This document shows, one piece after another, positions 1 to 11,520 of a DNA stretch of 64,000 nt. Numbering within the stretch: the stretch's first letter is position 1; every line of letters starts with the position of its first letter. The stretch is taken from assembly GCF_006345805.1 (NCBI RefSeq), contig NC_042997.1:24924001-24988000 (forward strand). Reading direction: 5' to 3'. Position numbers and translations under genes: made by a program. Source of the DNA: Octopus sinensis (lineage: Eukaryota). The notes below the pieces were generated by a model. That model searched no databases and was not told where the DNA came from. It was given only the letters and a program-made list of their open reading frames with translations.

Positions 1-457
1 TTCCGATGTGTCTCTCCCAAAATGTTTTTCAGTAGTTTGTAACTTAAATCCATTTGTAGCTAAAGTCTCTCTATGAGGCTTTCAACATATCTTTTCTCTC
101 TACCTTGATATTTGTTTAAATTTTGTGAGTGACGAGCTGGAAGTGCTGAGAATACTTCCGACAGCCTCCTACCTTATTTCCTTCCTATCATCCTTGTTTG
201 TTTGTTAGTTGCTTTCTTTCTTTCTTTTCTTTCCCTTGACCTCCCACACTAAGCAGCTTCAGAAAGGTGATACTTTTCTATATGTTTTATGTTTGTTTTA
301 TCACTAAAGCAGGATTTGACCACCCAGTGCTATTTATTAGTAAATTAAAGTATTCTTGAGTCTACTACTGTGTGGTGGACATATTCTTACTGTACTGTCA
401 ACATGTTCCTCCCGCTCCTTCTTCTCTTTCATTGTTTTGTTCTTTTCTCCGTCAAAA

Positions 458-645
458 TCATCATCATCATCATCATCGCCGTCACAATATCATTTTCCGT
501 ATCAGCATCCATCACCACCACCGCTGCCGCTGACTTCATCATCGTCGTCGTCGTCCTCCTCACTGTCTTCATCATAATCATCGTCATCATCGTCGTTATC
601 ATCGTCTTCGTCATCATCATCATCATCATCATCATCATCACCATT
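458..645. repeat. (CAT/CGT)n trinucleotide microsatellite
   Basis: Direct reading; explains the poly-I/S/M ORFs at 356-752. Confidence 0.9.
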
Positions 646-855
646 TTTATCCTCCGCGTTGTTTTGTTTTTATCATAATCATGAACATAACCATAATGAT
701 AATTAATATAAGCCTCTTCATTACCAGATCTTGTTAAATTTCTTTCAGCCACTTGAAGTTTTTCGAATTCTTACCGGATTATATTAAAAAGAATGTATTT
801 TTTATTTAGTTTTTCAAACTGATAACGAAAATCACTTCCATTTATCCCATAGAAA

Positions 856-1251
856 TCTTTATATATAAAAGTAAGGTTGTGTGTCTGTCTCCTACGATTT
901 AGATTCCTAACTACTCCCACATTTTGCGGTGCAGTTTAACCAAAACCGGATATCTTATAGTCGTGATTCATGTCGAGCCCTTCTGGGTATTAGCGCGCGT
1001 CTACGATGAGTCTACGATTTAAAAAAAAAATTACCATCATTTTTTCCATTTTAATGCATTTTTTTCGCTATTATATAAGGGAAGTAACTCTCTAAAATGT
1101 CTACGATGAGTCAACGATTTAAAAAAAATTTACTATCATTTTTTTTCCATTTTTAATACATTTTTTTGCTATTTTTTGGCTATAACTCTCTAAAAATGCT
1201 TATATAGTTATTTCCCTTACAAACCCGAGCAACGCCGGGCGATACTGCTAG
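856..1251 (+). mobile_element. Non-autonomous Helitron, family H1
   Basis: Inserted at A|T. 5' end TCTTTATATATAAAAG; 3' GC-rich hairpin CCCGAGCAACGCCGGG (1224-1239) 8 nt before terminal CTAG; no TSD. Three homologues lie at 35.9-37.3 kb. Confidence 0.85.
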
Positions 1252-1297
1252 TTAATAATAAACCAGTTAAAAGTATTTAAATTTTGGTATTTTTAGC

Positions 1298-1390
1298 CTA
1301 TTGAAAGCCTTCGTCTGACGTCATATCATGTATGCAGATCTTCGTTACTACAGAGATTAGCACATGCATATCTTTCAAATCATCCTCAAG
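1298..1390 (-). CDS. Candidate terminal exon of an unidentified gene (LEDDLKDMHVLISVVTKICIHDMTSDEGFQ*)
   Basis: Acceptor tttcttgcag, phase-0 open frame ending in TAG, phase-compatible with candidate exon 7775-7873. A competing + strand reading at 1297-1432 also exists. Confidence 0.3.
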   Translation of the reverse strand, partial: LEDDLKDMHVLISVVTKICIHDMTSDEGFQ

Positions 1391-1549
1391 CTGCAAGAAA
1401 TTGCAGCCAAATGTCCTTTAAACTACACAATGGTAAATTGAGATACGTTTTTTAAAAAACTCCCAGAAAGGATGAAATATGTCGCTGCACTAAATGTTTT
1501 ATCGCTTGAGGCAGGCCCAAGTGTTTTCAACTTGTTAGTGACACTAGTT

Positions 1550-1745
1550 TCAAATTTAGGCATAAGGTCATCAGGTTTCGGACAGAAGCTAAGTCCATTA
1601 AATCGATCTCCAGTGTGCAACTGGTACTTATTTTATCGACTCTGAGAGGATGAAAGTGAAATTTCGACCTCGGAGGAATTCAAACTCAGAAAGTAAAGAC
1701 GAAAGGCTTGCTCGGCGTGCTACCGACTCTGCCAGTACGCCGCCT
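1550..1745 (-). mobile_element. Degenerate Meta-domain (MetaSINE/MESC-like) SINE
   Basis: Reverse complement matches the family at 3496-4108 (gtcgataaaataagtaccagtt core, head ggcggcg..tggcag). Confidence 0.7.
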
Positions 1746-1947
1746 TTTTGTTGATATATATATATATATATTATATATATATATATATAATTATGTGAAA
1801 TAGAAAGATGAAAATCTTGTAGTAGATTAATCAAAAGTTTAACCGATACCTTGGTAGCAAAAATCACAGCAGTAAACAGCACGGTTGGAGGTACAACTAT
1901 ATGGTGTTGCAACCGTGCGTTGGTGCGGATAATTGAATTAAAATATT

Positions 1948-2240
1948 ATTGGTGAATTGAAGAAATGGAGCTGAACGCAGATTGAACAGAAATCGTTTTA
2001 TTTCATTCTACACGTGTTTCGAAAGGCACAATTTACCAAAATCCGATTGAATAATGGGACCATATTGTGTCTTTCTCTTCAGGAAGAAAGTAGGAAATCC
2101 GTTGGAAAAAACAAAAACAGAACAGAGGCGGAGCAAAAACAAATCGAACTATTGGTAAATTGTGCCTTTCGAAACACGTGTAGAATGAAATAAAACGATT
2201 TCTGTTCAATCTGCGTTCAGCTCCATTTCTTCAATTCACC

Positions 2241-2243
<3 letters not shown>
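1948..2243. mobile_element. Foldback Penelope-type terminal-repeat remnant with 92-bp perfect inverted arms
   Basis: 1948-2039 is the reverse complement of 2152-2243. It carries a hammerhead motif and lies between (TA)n tracts at about 1756-1789 and 2244-2279. Confidence 0.7.
2001..2089 (-). ncRNA. Type I hammerhead ribozyme-like motif
   Basis: Minus strand: TTTCTTC-CTGAAGA-GAAAGACACAAT..ATTGTGCCTTTC-GAA-ACACGTGT-A-GAA(T)GAAA. Stem II pairs 11/12, stem III is palindromic, cleavage triplet GUA. Confidence 0.65.
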
Positions 2244-2280
<37 letters not shown>

Positions 2281-2390
2281 TTCCTGTCTGATAGGCCTCT
2301 ATAACTGACTACAATAGCCTAGTGTCGGCAAAGTCTACAAAATGGTTCTAGATTGTGGGTAAGTGGGGTTAACTGATAAATATATATATA

Positions 2391-2791
2391 GGCGCAGGAG
2401 TGGCTGTGTGGTAAGTAGCTTGCTTACCAACCACATGGTTCCGGGTTCAGTCCCACTGCGTGGCATCTTGGGCAAGTGTCTTCAACCATAGCCTCGGGCC
2501 AACCAAAGCCTTGTGAGTGGATTTGGTAGACGGAAACTGAAAGAAGCCCGTCGTATATATGTATGTATATATATATATATGTTTATGTGTCTGTGTTTGT
2601 CCCCCTAGCATTGCTTGACAACCGATGCTGGTGTATTTACGTCCCCGTTACTTAGCGGTTCGGCAAAAGAGACCGATAGAATAAGTACTGGGCTTACAAA
2701 GAATAAGTCCTGGGGTCGATTTGCTCGACTAAAGGCGGTGCTCCAGCATGGCCGCAGTCAAATGACTGAAACAAGTAAAAGAGTAAAAGAG
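2391..2791 (+). mobile_element. tRNA-derived SINE family A (own label), full length
   Basis: A box TGGCTGTGTGG, B box GGTTCAGTCCC, internal (TA)n, 3' (AAGAGTA) tail; many near-identical copies in the window. Confidence 0.9.
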
Positions 2792-2970
2792 TATATATAT
2801 ATATATATATATATATCTATATATCTATATATATAATATATATATATGTATGTATGCATATATCTAACAATTAACTATATATAGTTGAAATTTATAGAAA
2901 AACAAAAGACAAAAACAGGCATATGAACAACAAACAGTTATATTAGTTTGACGCTCGAAAAATTAAAAGT

Positions 2971-3006
2971 CTTTTACATTTCGAGGCTACGCTCTTCAAC
3001 AGAAAA
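2971..3006 (-). ncRNA. Hammerhead-like motif with CUGUUGA variant core (degenerate copy)
   Basis: Minus: TTTT-CTGTTGA-A-GAGC-GTAG-CCTC-GAAA-T-GTA-AAAG; homologous to 18164-18199 and 58090-58124. Confidence 0.4.
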
Positions 3007-3495
3007 AATGAGAAAATAAAAATCTTGCAGATTTCCGCTGTCCAACATGGCGAATATATATGTATGTGTACGTGTGTGTGTGTGTGTGTGTGTGTGTGGT
3101 TGTGTGCGCGTCTACACACACATATATATATATAACTTGTTAAGGGTATTTCAAGAGACTTGCTATAGAAATTATAACCAGTGGTAGCTATAATTTGTAT
3201 AGAAATTCAATAGCGATAACCATAAGAAGTGATGTAATAGAATTACTAACACTGTCTAACACAGTATTGACTTATAAAAACGTCTAATGCACTTTGTAGT
3301 GTATTATGGTTGCATAACACAATGCGGTGTCTCTTCAAGTCATTAAAAATATTTAAATTGGAGTCAGTTTTCACAGATTTAAATCTTTTATCGCATTCAT
3401 GACCAGCGAAAATTGTACAACAAATCTATACACCAAACTGTTAACAATATTATCATAAGTAAAACGAAAGTATATTTAATATCTGTGGTGCGCTA

Positions 3496-4108
3496 AGGCG
3501 GGGAGCTGGCAGAAACGTTAGCACGCCGGGTGAAATGCTAAGCGGGATTTCGTCTGCCGTTACGTTCTGAGTTCAAATTCCACCGAGGTCGACCTTGCCT
3601 TTCATCCTTTCGGGGTCGATTAAATAAAGTACTAGTTACGCACTGGGGTCGATGTAATCGACTTAATCCATTTGTCTGTCCTTGTTTGTCCCCTCTGTGT
3701 TTAGCCCCTTGTGGGTAGTAAAGAAATAGGTATTTCGTCTGCCGCTACGTTCTGAGTTCGAATTCTGCCGAGGTCGACTTTGCCTTTCAACCTTTCGGGT
3801 CCGATAAATTAAGTACCAGTAACGCACTGGGTCGATGTAAACGACTTAATCTCCTTGTCTGTATTTGTTTTTCCCCTCTATGTTTATTCCCTTGTGGGCA
3901 ATAAAGAAATAAGAAACGTTAGCACGCCGGGCGAAATGCTAAGCGGTATTTCATTTGTCCTTATGTTCTGAGTTCAAATTCCGCCGAGGTCGACTTTGCC
4001 GTACATCCTTTCGATGGTCGATAAATAAAGTACTATTTGCGTACTGGGATAGATCTAATCGACTGGCCCCCTCTCCCAAAATTTCGGGCCTTGTGCCTAA
4101 AGTAGAAA
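3496..4108 (+). mobile_element. Meta-domain SINE trimer
   Basis: Three tandem units, each with B-box-like GAGTTCRAATTC followed by GGTCGACTTTGCCTTTCATCCTTTCGGGGTCGATAAA..AAGTACCAG, which resembles the Meta/MESC central domain as I recall it. Confidence 0.8.
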
Positions 4109-4628
4109 AAATATCTGGTGCGCTGCAAGTGTTTCGAGGGTCGTGAGTTCGATCAAAGATTACATCTGAGATGGAATATTTCGTCCATTTTGTTTGGTGT
4201 TTAAACTTTCCTTAAAATTTTTGAGCTTCACGACTTTTATAAAGTTTTATATCCGCGGAGACTCACTTTAAATTATATGTTATTGGTAACACTCAACACG
4301 TAGAAAGTGCTTAGTCTAGCCTCAAACATGGAAATATATGGATCCGTGGCACAATACTGCTCCCTTTGTGTTTTTAGACGCTATGAAAAGTAGTCTAAGT
4401 ACGATTTGGCTGCTATTTCTAGCAGGTTGAAAGAGCATGTAAAGGTTTGTATGAAGATCAGCACAAAACAATATGCCGCTAATTGAAGATTGCCGAACGG
4501 CTAAAATGACATAATTTTAACTGCTTGTAACTTCTTTAATATTAAATTCCATTAAAAATGTATGCGATTTTCGTCATCAACATGCAAAACTACATCAGAA
4601 ATAGTTTTTTTTTTTTAAATAAGCTGGT

Positions 4629-5008
4629 CATCATCATCATCATCAACATCATCGTCATCACCACCACCACCACCACCACCACCGCCGCCGCCGCTGCCGC
4701 CGTTGCTGTTGCCGTCGTCGTCATCATCATCATCATCATCATCATCAGAAGAAGAAGAAGAAGAAGAAGAAGAAGCAGAAAAAAAGAAGAGGATAACAGG
4801 TGCAGGGGAGAAGACGAAGAGAATAGGTCGTCAAGTTATTTTGATGATGATAATGACGCCGATATGATGATAATGATGAGGATATGAATAATGGTGAAGA
4901 TGATGGTGATGATGATGATGATGATGATGATGACAATGACAATGGTGGTGGTGGTGGTGATGATGATGCTAATGGTGATGTTGATGATGATGATGATGAT
5001 GATGATTA
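4629..5008. repeat. Compound trinucleotide microsatellite (CAT/CAC/GCC/AGA/GAT)
   Basis: Direct reading. Confidence 0.9.
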
Positions 5009-5395
5009 TGATCGACAACAGGAATTTCGCTCCCGGCGATTTCGACTTGTACCGACAATACTGTTTGTCACGTAGAAAATGACGGATGTTAAAGAAAGAA
5101 AGAACGAAATACAGGGAAAAATGAATGAATGAATGAATGAATGAAAGAAAACGAAACGCGTAAAGAACGAAGAAAGGGAAAAACAAGCAAAATAAAAGCA
5201 ACAACAACAACAACAACAACAAAAACATTAGCTAAAATAAGAGGAAATACTCACAGGGGAAAGCAAAACATTAAAAGAGAACTTGGAAGAAAGAACGGCG
5301 TTGGAGAAAAAAAAAAAGAAATGTGTGCACAACCATATTATGAAACAGACACCTGCATGTTAAACAAATGTATTTACGATAATGTCAGCATGTCT

Positions 5396-5872
5396 ACCAC
5401 CACCACCACCACCACCACCACCACCATCATCATCACCATCACCACCACCATCATCATCACCATCACCATCATCACCATCACCATCATCACCACCCCCATC
5501 ACTACCATCACCATCATCACCGTCATCACCATCATCACCATCACCATCACCATCACCATCAACATCATCATCATTACCATCACCATCATCATCATCTTCA
5601 CCATTACCATCACCATCATCACCATCACCACCATCATCACCACCATCACCACCACCACCACCACCACCACCACCACCACCACCATCACCACCATCACCAT
5701 CATCACCATCATCACCATCACCATCATCATCATCATCATCATCATCAACATCATCACCATCACCATCATCATCACCATCATCACCACCATCACCATCACC
5801 ATCACCCCCCATCACCACCATCGCCATCATCACCATCATCACCATCACCACCATCACCATCGTCACCATCGT
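5396..5872. repeat. (CAC/CAT)n microsatellite, about 480 bp
   Basis: Direct reading; source of the 143-245 aa low-complexity ORFs. Confidence 0.95.
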
Positions 5873-6097
5873 CACTAACACCAAGATACCGAGTTCGATT
5901 CCAAGCAGTGAATAATAATAACAACAACATCATCGAAAAATACCTTACGAACGAGAACCCATGACACCTGATGAAGGCTGGAGGGTATATCAGCCGAAAC
6001 GTTGTGTTAACAACAAAGAAGATGATGACAAATAGCCATCAAATATAAATAATGATGTAAATAATGTACATAATTCCTCATCTCTTGAATATAGAAT
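5873..6097 (+). mobile_element. Solo Penelope-type terminal repeat (tRNA-like B box + hammerhead)
   Basis: Homologous to 8945-9265 (-) and 11320-11572 (+); contains GAGTTCGATTCC and a CTGATGA..GAAAC motif. Confidence 0.75.
5963..6008 (+). ncRNA. Minimal type I hammerhead ribozyme-like motif
   Basis: GACAC-CTGATGA-A-GGCTG-loop10-CAGCC-GAAA-C-GTT-GTGTT: stem I 5 bp, stem II 5 bp, palindromic AACGTT stem III as in dimer-forming Penelope hammerheads. Confidence 0.7.
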
Positions 6098-6100
6098 TAT

Positions 6101-6223
6101 ACGATGGACTTCATTCAGTTTCTGTCTACCAAATCCACTCGTCCAAAGCGCCACGCAGTGGGTCTGAACCCGGAATCACGTGGTTGGTAAGCAAGTTACT
6201 AACCACACAGCTACTCTTGCGCC
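6101..6223 (-). mobile_element. SINE family A, 5' part
   Basis: Reverse complement of the head region of 2391-2791. Confidence 0.8.
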
Positions 6224-6467
6224 AATTGTAAAATTAGAAATTCTCGGTACAGTATTATATATTTACAAAAGTGAACACAAAAATGGCTTTTCTGATAATT
6301 TTTCTAGTTTGATAATTGAATACTTATAATGACTTTTCCGGTAATTTTTCCACTTTAGTAATTAGATGCTTATAAATCATTAGGTGTCTACACTTAATGA
6401 TTTATAAACCTCTAATTATTATTAAAGTGGAAAAATTATCAGGAAAGCCACTTCTGTTCATTTTTTC

Positions 6468-6829
6468 TGTGTGATAAGAAACTTCCTTTCCAACCACATG
6501 ATTTCGAGTTCAGCCCCACAGCGTGACACCATGGGCTGACCAAAGCCTTGTGAATGAATTTGGTTGACGTAAACTGAAAGAAACCCGCCGTATATATCTG
6601 TATGTATGTGTCTATGTTTGTGTGTCTGTGTACCTGTGTCTGACCACCCACCGCTTGACAACCGGTATTGGTGTATTTACGTCCCCCTGACTTGGTCGTT
6701 TTGCATAAGAGACCAATAGAATAAGTACTCGGCTTTAAAAAATGCCTTGGCGTTCATTTGTTCGATTAAAACCCTTCAAGGTGGTGCTCCAGCATGGCTG
6801 CAGTCAAATGACTGAAATAAGCAAAAGAG
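6468..6829 (+). mobile_element. SINE family A, diverged copy
   Basis: Head, internal microsatellite and tail are all recognisable. Confidence 0.8.
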
Positions 6830-6868
6830 TGTAAGGCTATATATGTATGTGTGTGTGAGTATGGGTGT

Positions 6869-7030
6869 TCTTTTACTTGTTTCAGTCATTTGACTACGGC
6901 CATGCTGGGGCACCACCTTGAAGGGGTTTAGTCGAACAAATCGATCCCAAGACTTATTCTATCGATCTTTTGCCGAACCACCAAGTTACGGAGACATAAA
7001 CACACCAATATATATATATATAATATATAT

Positions 7031-7073
<43 letters not shown>

Positions 7074-7230
7074 CATGACGGGCTCCTTTTAGTTTCCGTC
7101 TACCAAATCGACTCACAAGGCTTTGGTCGGCCCGAGGCTATAGTAGAAGACACCTGCCCAAGGCGCCACGCAGTGGGACTGAACCCGGAACCATGTGGTT
7201 TGGAAGCGAGCTTCTTACCACACAGCCACG
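6869..7230 (-). mobile_element. SINE family A (a second degenerate head follows at about 7235-7370)
   Basis: Reverse complement of the family consensus; tail-to-tail with 6468-6829. Confidence 0.85.
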
Positions 7231-7370
7231 GAGGGTTTCTTTCAATTTCCATCTACAAAATCCATTCAAAGCTATGATCGGCCCTGGGCAGCGGTATAAG
7301 ACACTCTCCATGTGTTCGGAGAGCAAACTTTTTACCATACAGCCAAGCATACGCTCTGCAGGGACGCAGG

Positions 7371-7406
<36 letters not shown>

Positions 7407-7774
7407 ACACACACCACACACACATACACACATAAACACACGCGCATATAGACAAATATTTACATACGTGTAGTCATAACCATACTCCTATGTGGTTACT
7501 TGTTCTCCTAGAAAGAGCAGCCAAATTTCTTTCAAAAGACACCCGTCTTAAAAAATAACTTGTGATATTCCCAGATGAGACGCCTTTGATCACTGATTTG
7601 TTGAGTGGGGGGAGGGGGCTGATGGGACTGGCATGGTTCTAAAGACCACAACATCTAAAAGAAAAACAAAATAATATTTTGAAACGTTTCTTAAGCTGGA
7701 TAGTTGACAAATAGTTCTCTTGCTTATGAATTCGTCACGGTTGACTTAGACATTTGATATCTCAAGGGACTTAC

Positions 7775-7873
7775 TGTACTAGAGTAACGTGGATGACTGG
7801 TCAAGCTCTCGAGACGGAAAGTGACATGCGATCTTTCTGGGTCACCGCCAGCTGTGCGGACCGGTACTGCTGC
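7775..7873 (-). CDS. Candidate 99-nt exon (AAVPVRTAGGDPERSHVTFRLESLTSHPRYSST), product unknown
   Basis: GC-richer unique island; canonical donor ACA|GTAAGT; acceptor tactgacattgatag (weak tract); only one of three frames open. A + strand frame is also open across it. Confidence 0.35.
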
Positions 7874-7929
7874 CTATCAATGTCAGTACTTTGGCTGACC
7901 AAAGTTGATGGACGATACAACAACAACAA

Positions 7930-7974
<45 letters not shown>

Positions 7975-8246
7975 AAGGATCATCAATAACAACAGCAACA
8001 AAAACAACAAAAGAAACAATAATAATAACAACAACGCCAAAAGCACTTGTAAAAATTCAGAATCAGTTATTCTTTTATTTTTTTTATTTGCTTCAGTCAT
8101 CTCGACAGAGGCCATGCCGGAGCACCGCCTTTAGTCGAACAAATCGATCCCAGGACTTATCCTTTGTAAGCCTATTATCATTCCACCGGTCTCTTACCTG
8201 AACCGCTATGTTACGGTTGTCAAGCGATGGAGGGGAGACAAACACA

Positions 8247-8321
<75 letters not shown>

Positions 8322-8324
8322 GCA

Positions 8325-8817
8325 CACATCCAGGAAGTAAATAGACACCTTTAATTTTTAACATTTCTGATCTAAGCGTCATAATGTTTTCAGCAGTGTA
8401 GAATTTACAATGTAATTATTCTATTTCATTCCAGGTGCCATTATATTAAACATTTGTGAAGAGTAACCATGCCGCGCACAAAAAATTCAGCAAAACTGTC
8501 AGATTTTCAAAGAGGTCGTATTTTTGGGAAATCTTAGGCTGGTCTGAGCCAATGAAAAATTGCCGATAATCTTCAAATTCCTCTTGCTACTGTTAATAGA
8601 ATTATTGCACAATTCAAAAGCCATGGAAAAGAATCAACAGATTCTCGTTCCGGCCGACCTGGAAAGGAAGATTGACTGTTTGAAGAGAATTGTGGAAAAT
8701 GAATCTCGTTCGAAGGCTTCTGACATTGCAAAACAGCTAGAAGTTAGTCCAAGAATGGGTGTTGCATATCTGCATAAGCTTGGGTATTATGGACTAGCAG
8801 CTAGAAGAAAACCTCTA
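8325..8817 (+). pseudogene. Tc1-like transposase 5' fragment
   Basis: [44 protein letters not shown], then RSKASDIAKQLEVSPRM..LHKLGYYGLAARRKPL: paired-like HTH region of Tc1 transposases, with stops; truncated where the Penelope element begins. Confidence 0.8.
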
Positions 8818-9033
8818 AGATCCTACCTTTCTAACAGAATCCTCTCAGAAGTTATTTTGGAACAGTCATATACCACCATGATGCTATTCTCTAAAATGTT
8901 CTAGGATTTTCCACAAAGGAACTCACAGATTTGTTGGATGATTAAACATTTAATAAATTCTATATTTTTGAGATTGGGAATTGTGTACATTATTTACAAT
9001 AGACGAATAGGTGAACTCATCTTGTTCGTTGTT

Positions 9034-9080
9034 ACCACACAGTTTCGGCTGATGTGCTCTCCATCCTTCATCAGGTGTTC
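9034..9080 (-). ncRNA. Degenerate hammerhead motif in PLE 3' terminal repeat
   Basis: GAACAC-CTGATGA-A-GGATG..CAGCC-GAAAC-TGT; the cleavage triplet has decayed. Confidence 0.5.
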
Positions 9081-9286
9081 TGGTGGAATTTCGAACCCAA
9101 CACTCTATTTGACTAATGGAGTACTCTGTTCTCAATCCTAAGATGTTCTTTTTTGCGGATGTTATTATGCTTTCGTTGATATTATCACCAAACTCCCTGC
9201 CTGGGGTTGAACTCAGAATCAGAGGGTTAATAGCGGGTGCTCTTAACCACTAAGCCCGTAGGCAATTATAGAGTGAATTTTGGGGC

Positions 9287-11290
9287 TTATAAACCTAATA
9301 TTTTATCTTTTCTTAATACAGGTTCCCATATTACATTCATCCCTGCACTAGGTCTGCTTAGGAGGTTATTGTATCCTAGCATATATGATGCCTCTTCTAA
9401 TTTTAGTATTTTCTAGTGGTGTTCTCTGTCTATTATTTTAACCTTATCCCACAGTAGGAGGTGGTCTCCGTTTTTCCATACATGATCGACTATACCTGAT
9501 TTTTCAATATACCTTCGTATCATAGCTTTACGATGCTCCTCTACCCTTATTTTAAGGGGGTGAACATGTTTCATCTAAGTATAATCTACCGCAACAGCAT
9601 GAGATAGAGTACACGCAGTCTTTGGTCATATTGTCCTCTAGGGATGGTTTTAATCGAAGATATTTGCGAGGTTTTGTATTACTTTTGAAAACTGTCCTGA
9701 TGCCTTATGGATCGTATATCTTTTGCATTTTTTCCGAGAAGCCTTTGACATTGGGTAGACAGACTGTAGTTAGTTTATGGGTTTCATCCTCTCTCCTCTC
9801 CCTAATTGGAGTGGTTAGTATATTTGCTGGGTAGTTGTTGCATGGTAGGTTGTTTCTTAGCCTGATAATTTCTTCGTGGTGTGCATCAGAATCGCCTCTC
9901 ATAGACTTTACTCGATGTTTTAGGCATTGAGTATCCCTCTCTTTATATTGTATGGATGGTGGGAACTGAAGTTGAAGTATTGTCCAGTGAAGATTGGCTT
10001 GCAGTATACGGATGTCCTGAACCCATACTCAGTGCGTGTTGTTAGGAATGCTAGTTGATTGTCCTTTTCCTTTTCTATTGTGAACTGTATGGATGGCTTT
10101 ATTGAGTTCACAGGATCTAACAGTACTTGGACATCCTCCTGGTGGTGCCAGAGTGTAAAAGTGTCATCAACTTTTAAAAGCCATAGAGTTGGCTCTTTTG
10201 GTGTTGATCCTAAAACCAAATTCTCTAATTATTCCAGGTATATATTGGCTATTACTGGTGATAATATAAATCAGTATTTACTCGGAAGTAGGTCGTTTCT
10301 ACGCAGAAAGTCATTTCCATCAAGTTTCCTATTGGTCTGCTAGTGCGTTCTTGTAGAGAGGTGTCCATCGCTAGTTTGTCTTGAATCAATGATAGTGCTT
10401 CATCAGTTGAGACTTTGGTAAACAAACTTATCACATCTAGACTCATCATCTGGTTGGATACAATGAGGGTATCCTTGATCAATTCTCTGAAGTGGGTGGA
10501 ATTCTTCGCGTACGATGTTGACTTACCTGCTAATGAACTGATTATATTCACAAGGAAGCGGCTCAGTGGATAACATGCCGAACCTCTACAGCTCACTATA
10601 GGTTTTAATGGAATACCATCCAAATGAATCTTAGGGCGACCGTAAATGTGTGGCAGCTTACTGTAGTGTAGGATCAGTTGTCTGTACTTCACTGCTATGA
10701 AGTGATCCTTGTTCTTGATTAAGATCTGTGACAACTTCCTCTCTGTTTTCAGAGTTGGATGTTTGTTTATTTTGCTGTAGCTACCATCACTCTTGAGACT
10801 TGCCAGTTTTTCAGAGTATTCGGACTTGATCATTGCCACGGTAGCATTGTCCTTGTCCGCCGGAAGTATTATGATGGAACTGTCACTCTGTAATGTTTTG
10901 ATAGCGAACTCTTCTTCCTCAGTGATGTTTGGTTTCGGAAGTTTCGCTTTCTCTAGTACCTGTCTCACTTTCCACTTTAATTCAGTTCAATTTCCTTGAG
11001 CTTTTGGTATCTTTATGGCTACCTCCTCAATAGAGGCTGTTATGTCCAAGTATGGAATGCGTTTGATGGTTGTCTCAAAGTTGAAACTTTTGTTTAGTAT
11101 TGCTTCTCCAAAGTTGTTTATATGTCAGTTACTTACATTAATTAAGTTAATTACTGCTTTCACAGGTTGGTGACGGACTTCGGTGTTCATTCTCAGACCT
11201 TTGAGCTTTATAAGCCTCTTAATCTGGCGTGTTTTCATCTTCTCAACATTCTTTCTTGTACGACTTTCCTAGATCTTGTATTCTCTCTGT
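9287..11290 (-). pseudogene. PLE pol (reverse transcriptase + GIY-YIG endonuclease), frameshifted
   Basis: Track ORFs 10252-10968, 9920-10219 and 9705-9902 are consecutive pieces; the C-terminus ..MNVIWEPVLRKDKILGL* ends at 9287. Confidence 0.85.
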
Positions 11291-11474
11291 CATCAGCTTT
11301 GGTTATTCTCCCTACGGGCATATAGCATAGTGAATAAGAACGCGGCCTACTAATCCTAGGATTGTGATTTCAGTCCCAGGTAAGGATTGGGGGAATAATA
11401 TCAACGGAAAAAAAGAATACCTTAGGAATGAGAACAGAGTACCCCCATTAGTCATTGGGTTCGAAAGTCCCCCA

Positions 11475-11520
11475 GAACATCTGATGAGGGCTGGAAAATA
11501 CATCAGCGAAACGCTGGGTT
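11475..11520 (+). ncRNA. Degenerate hammerhead motif in PLE inverted 5' terminal repeat
   Basis: GAACAT-CTGATGA-GGGCTG..CAGC-GAAAC-GCT-GGGTT. Confidence 0.5.

Noticed and set aside
5141-5915. Long ORFs of 143-245 aa (and similar ones at 41574-42431, 47896-48749 and all IYIY/HTHT ORFs)
   Set aside because: They are translations of micro- and minisatellites that lack stop codons in some frames; no coding signal.
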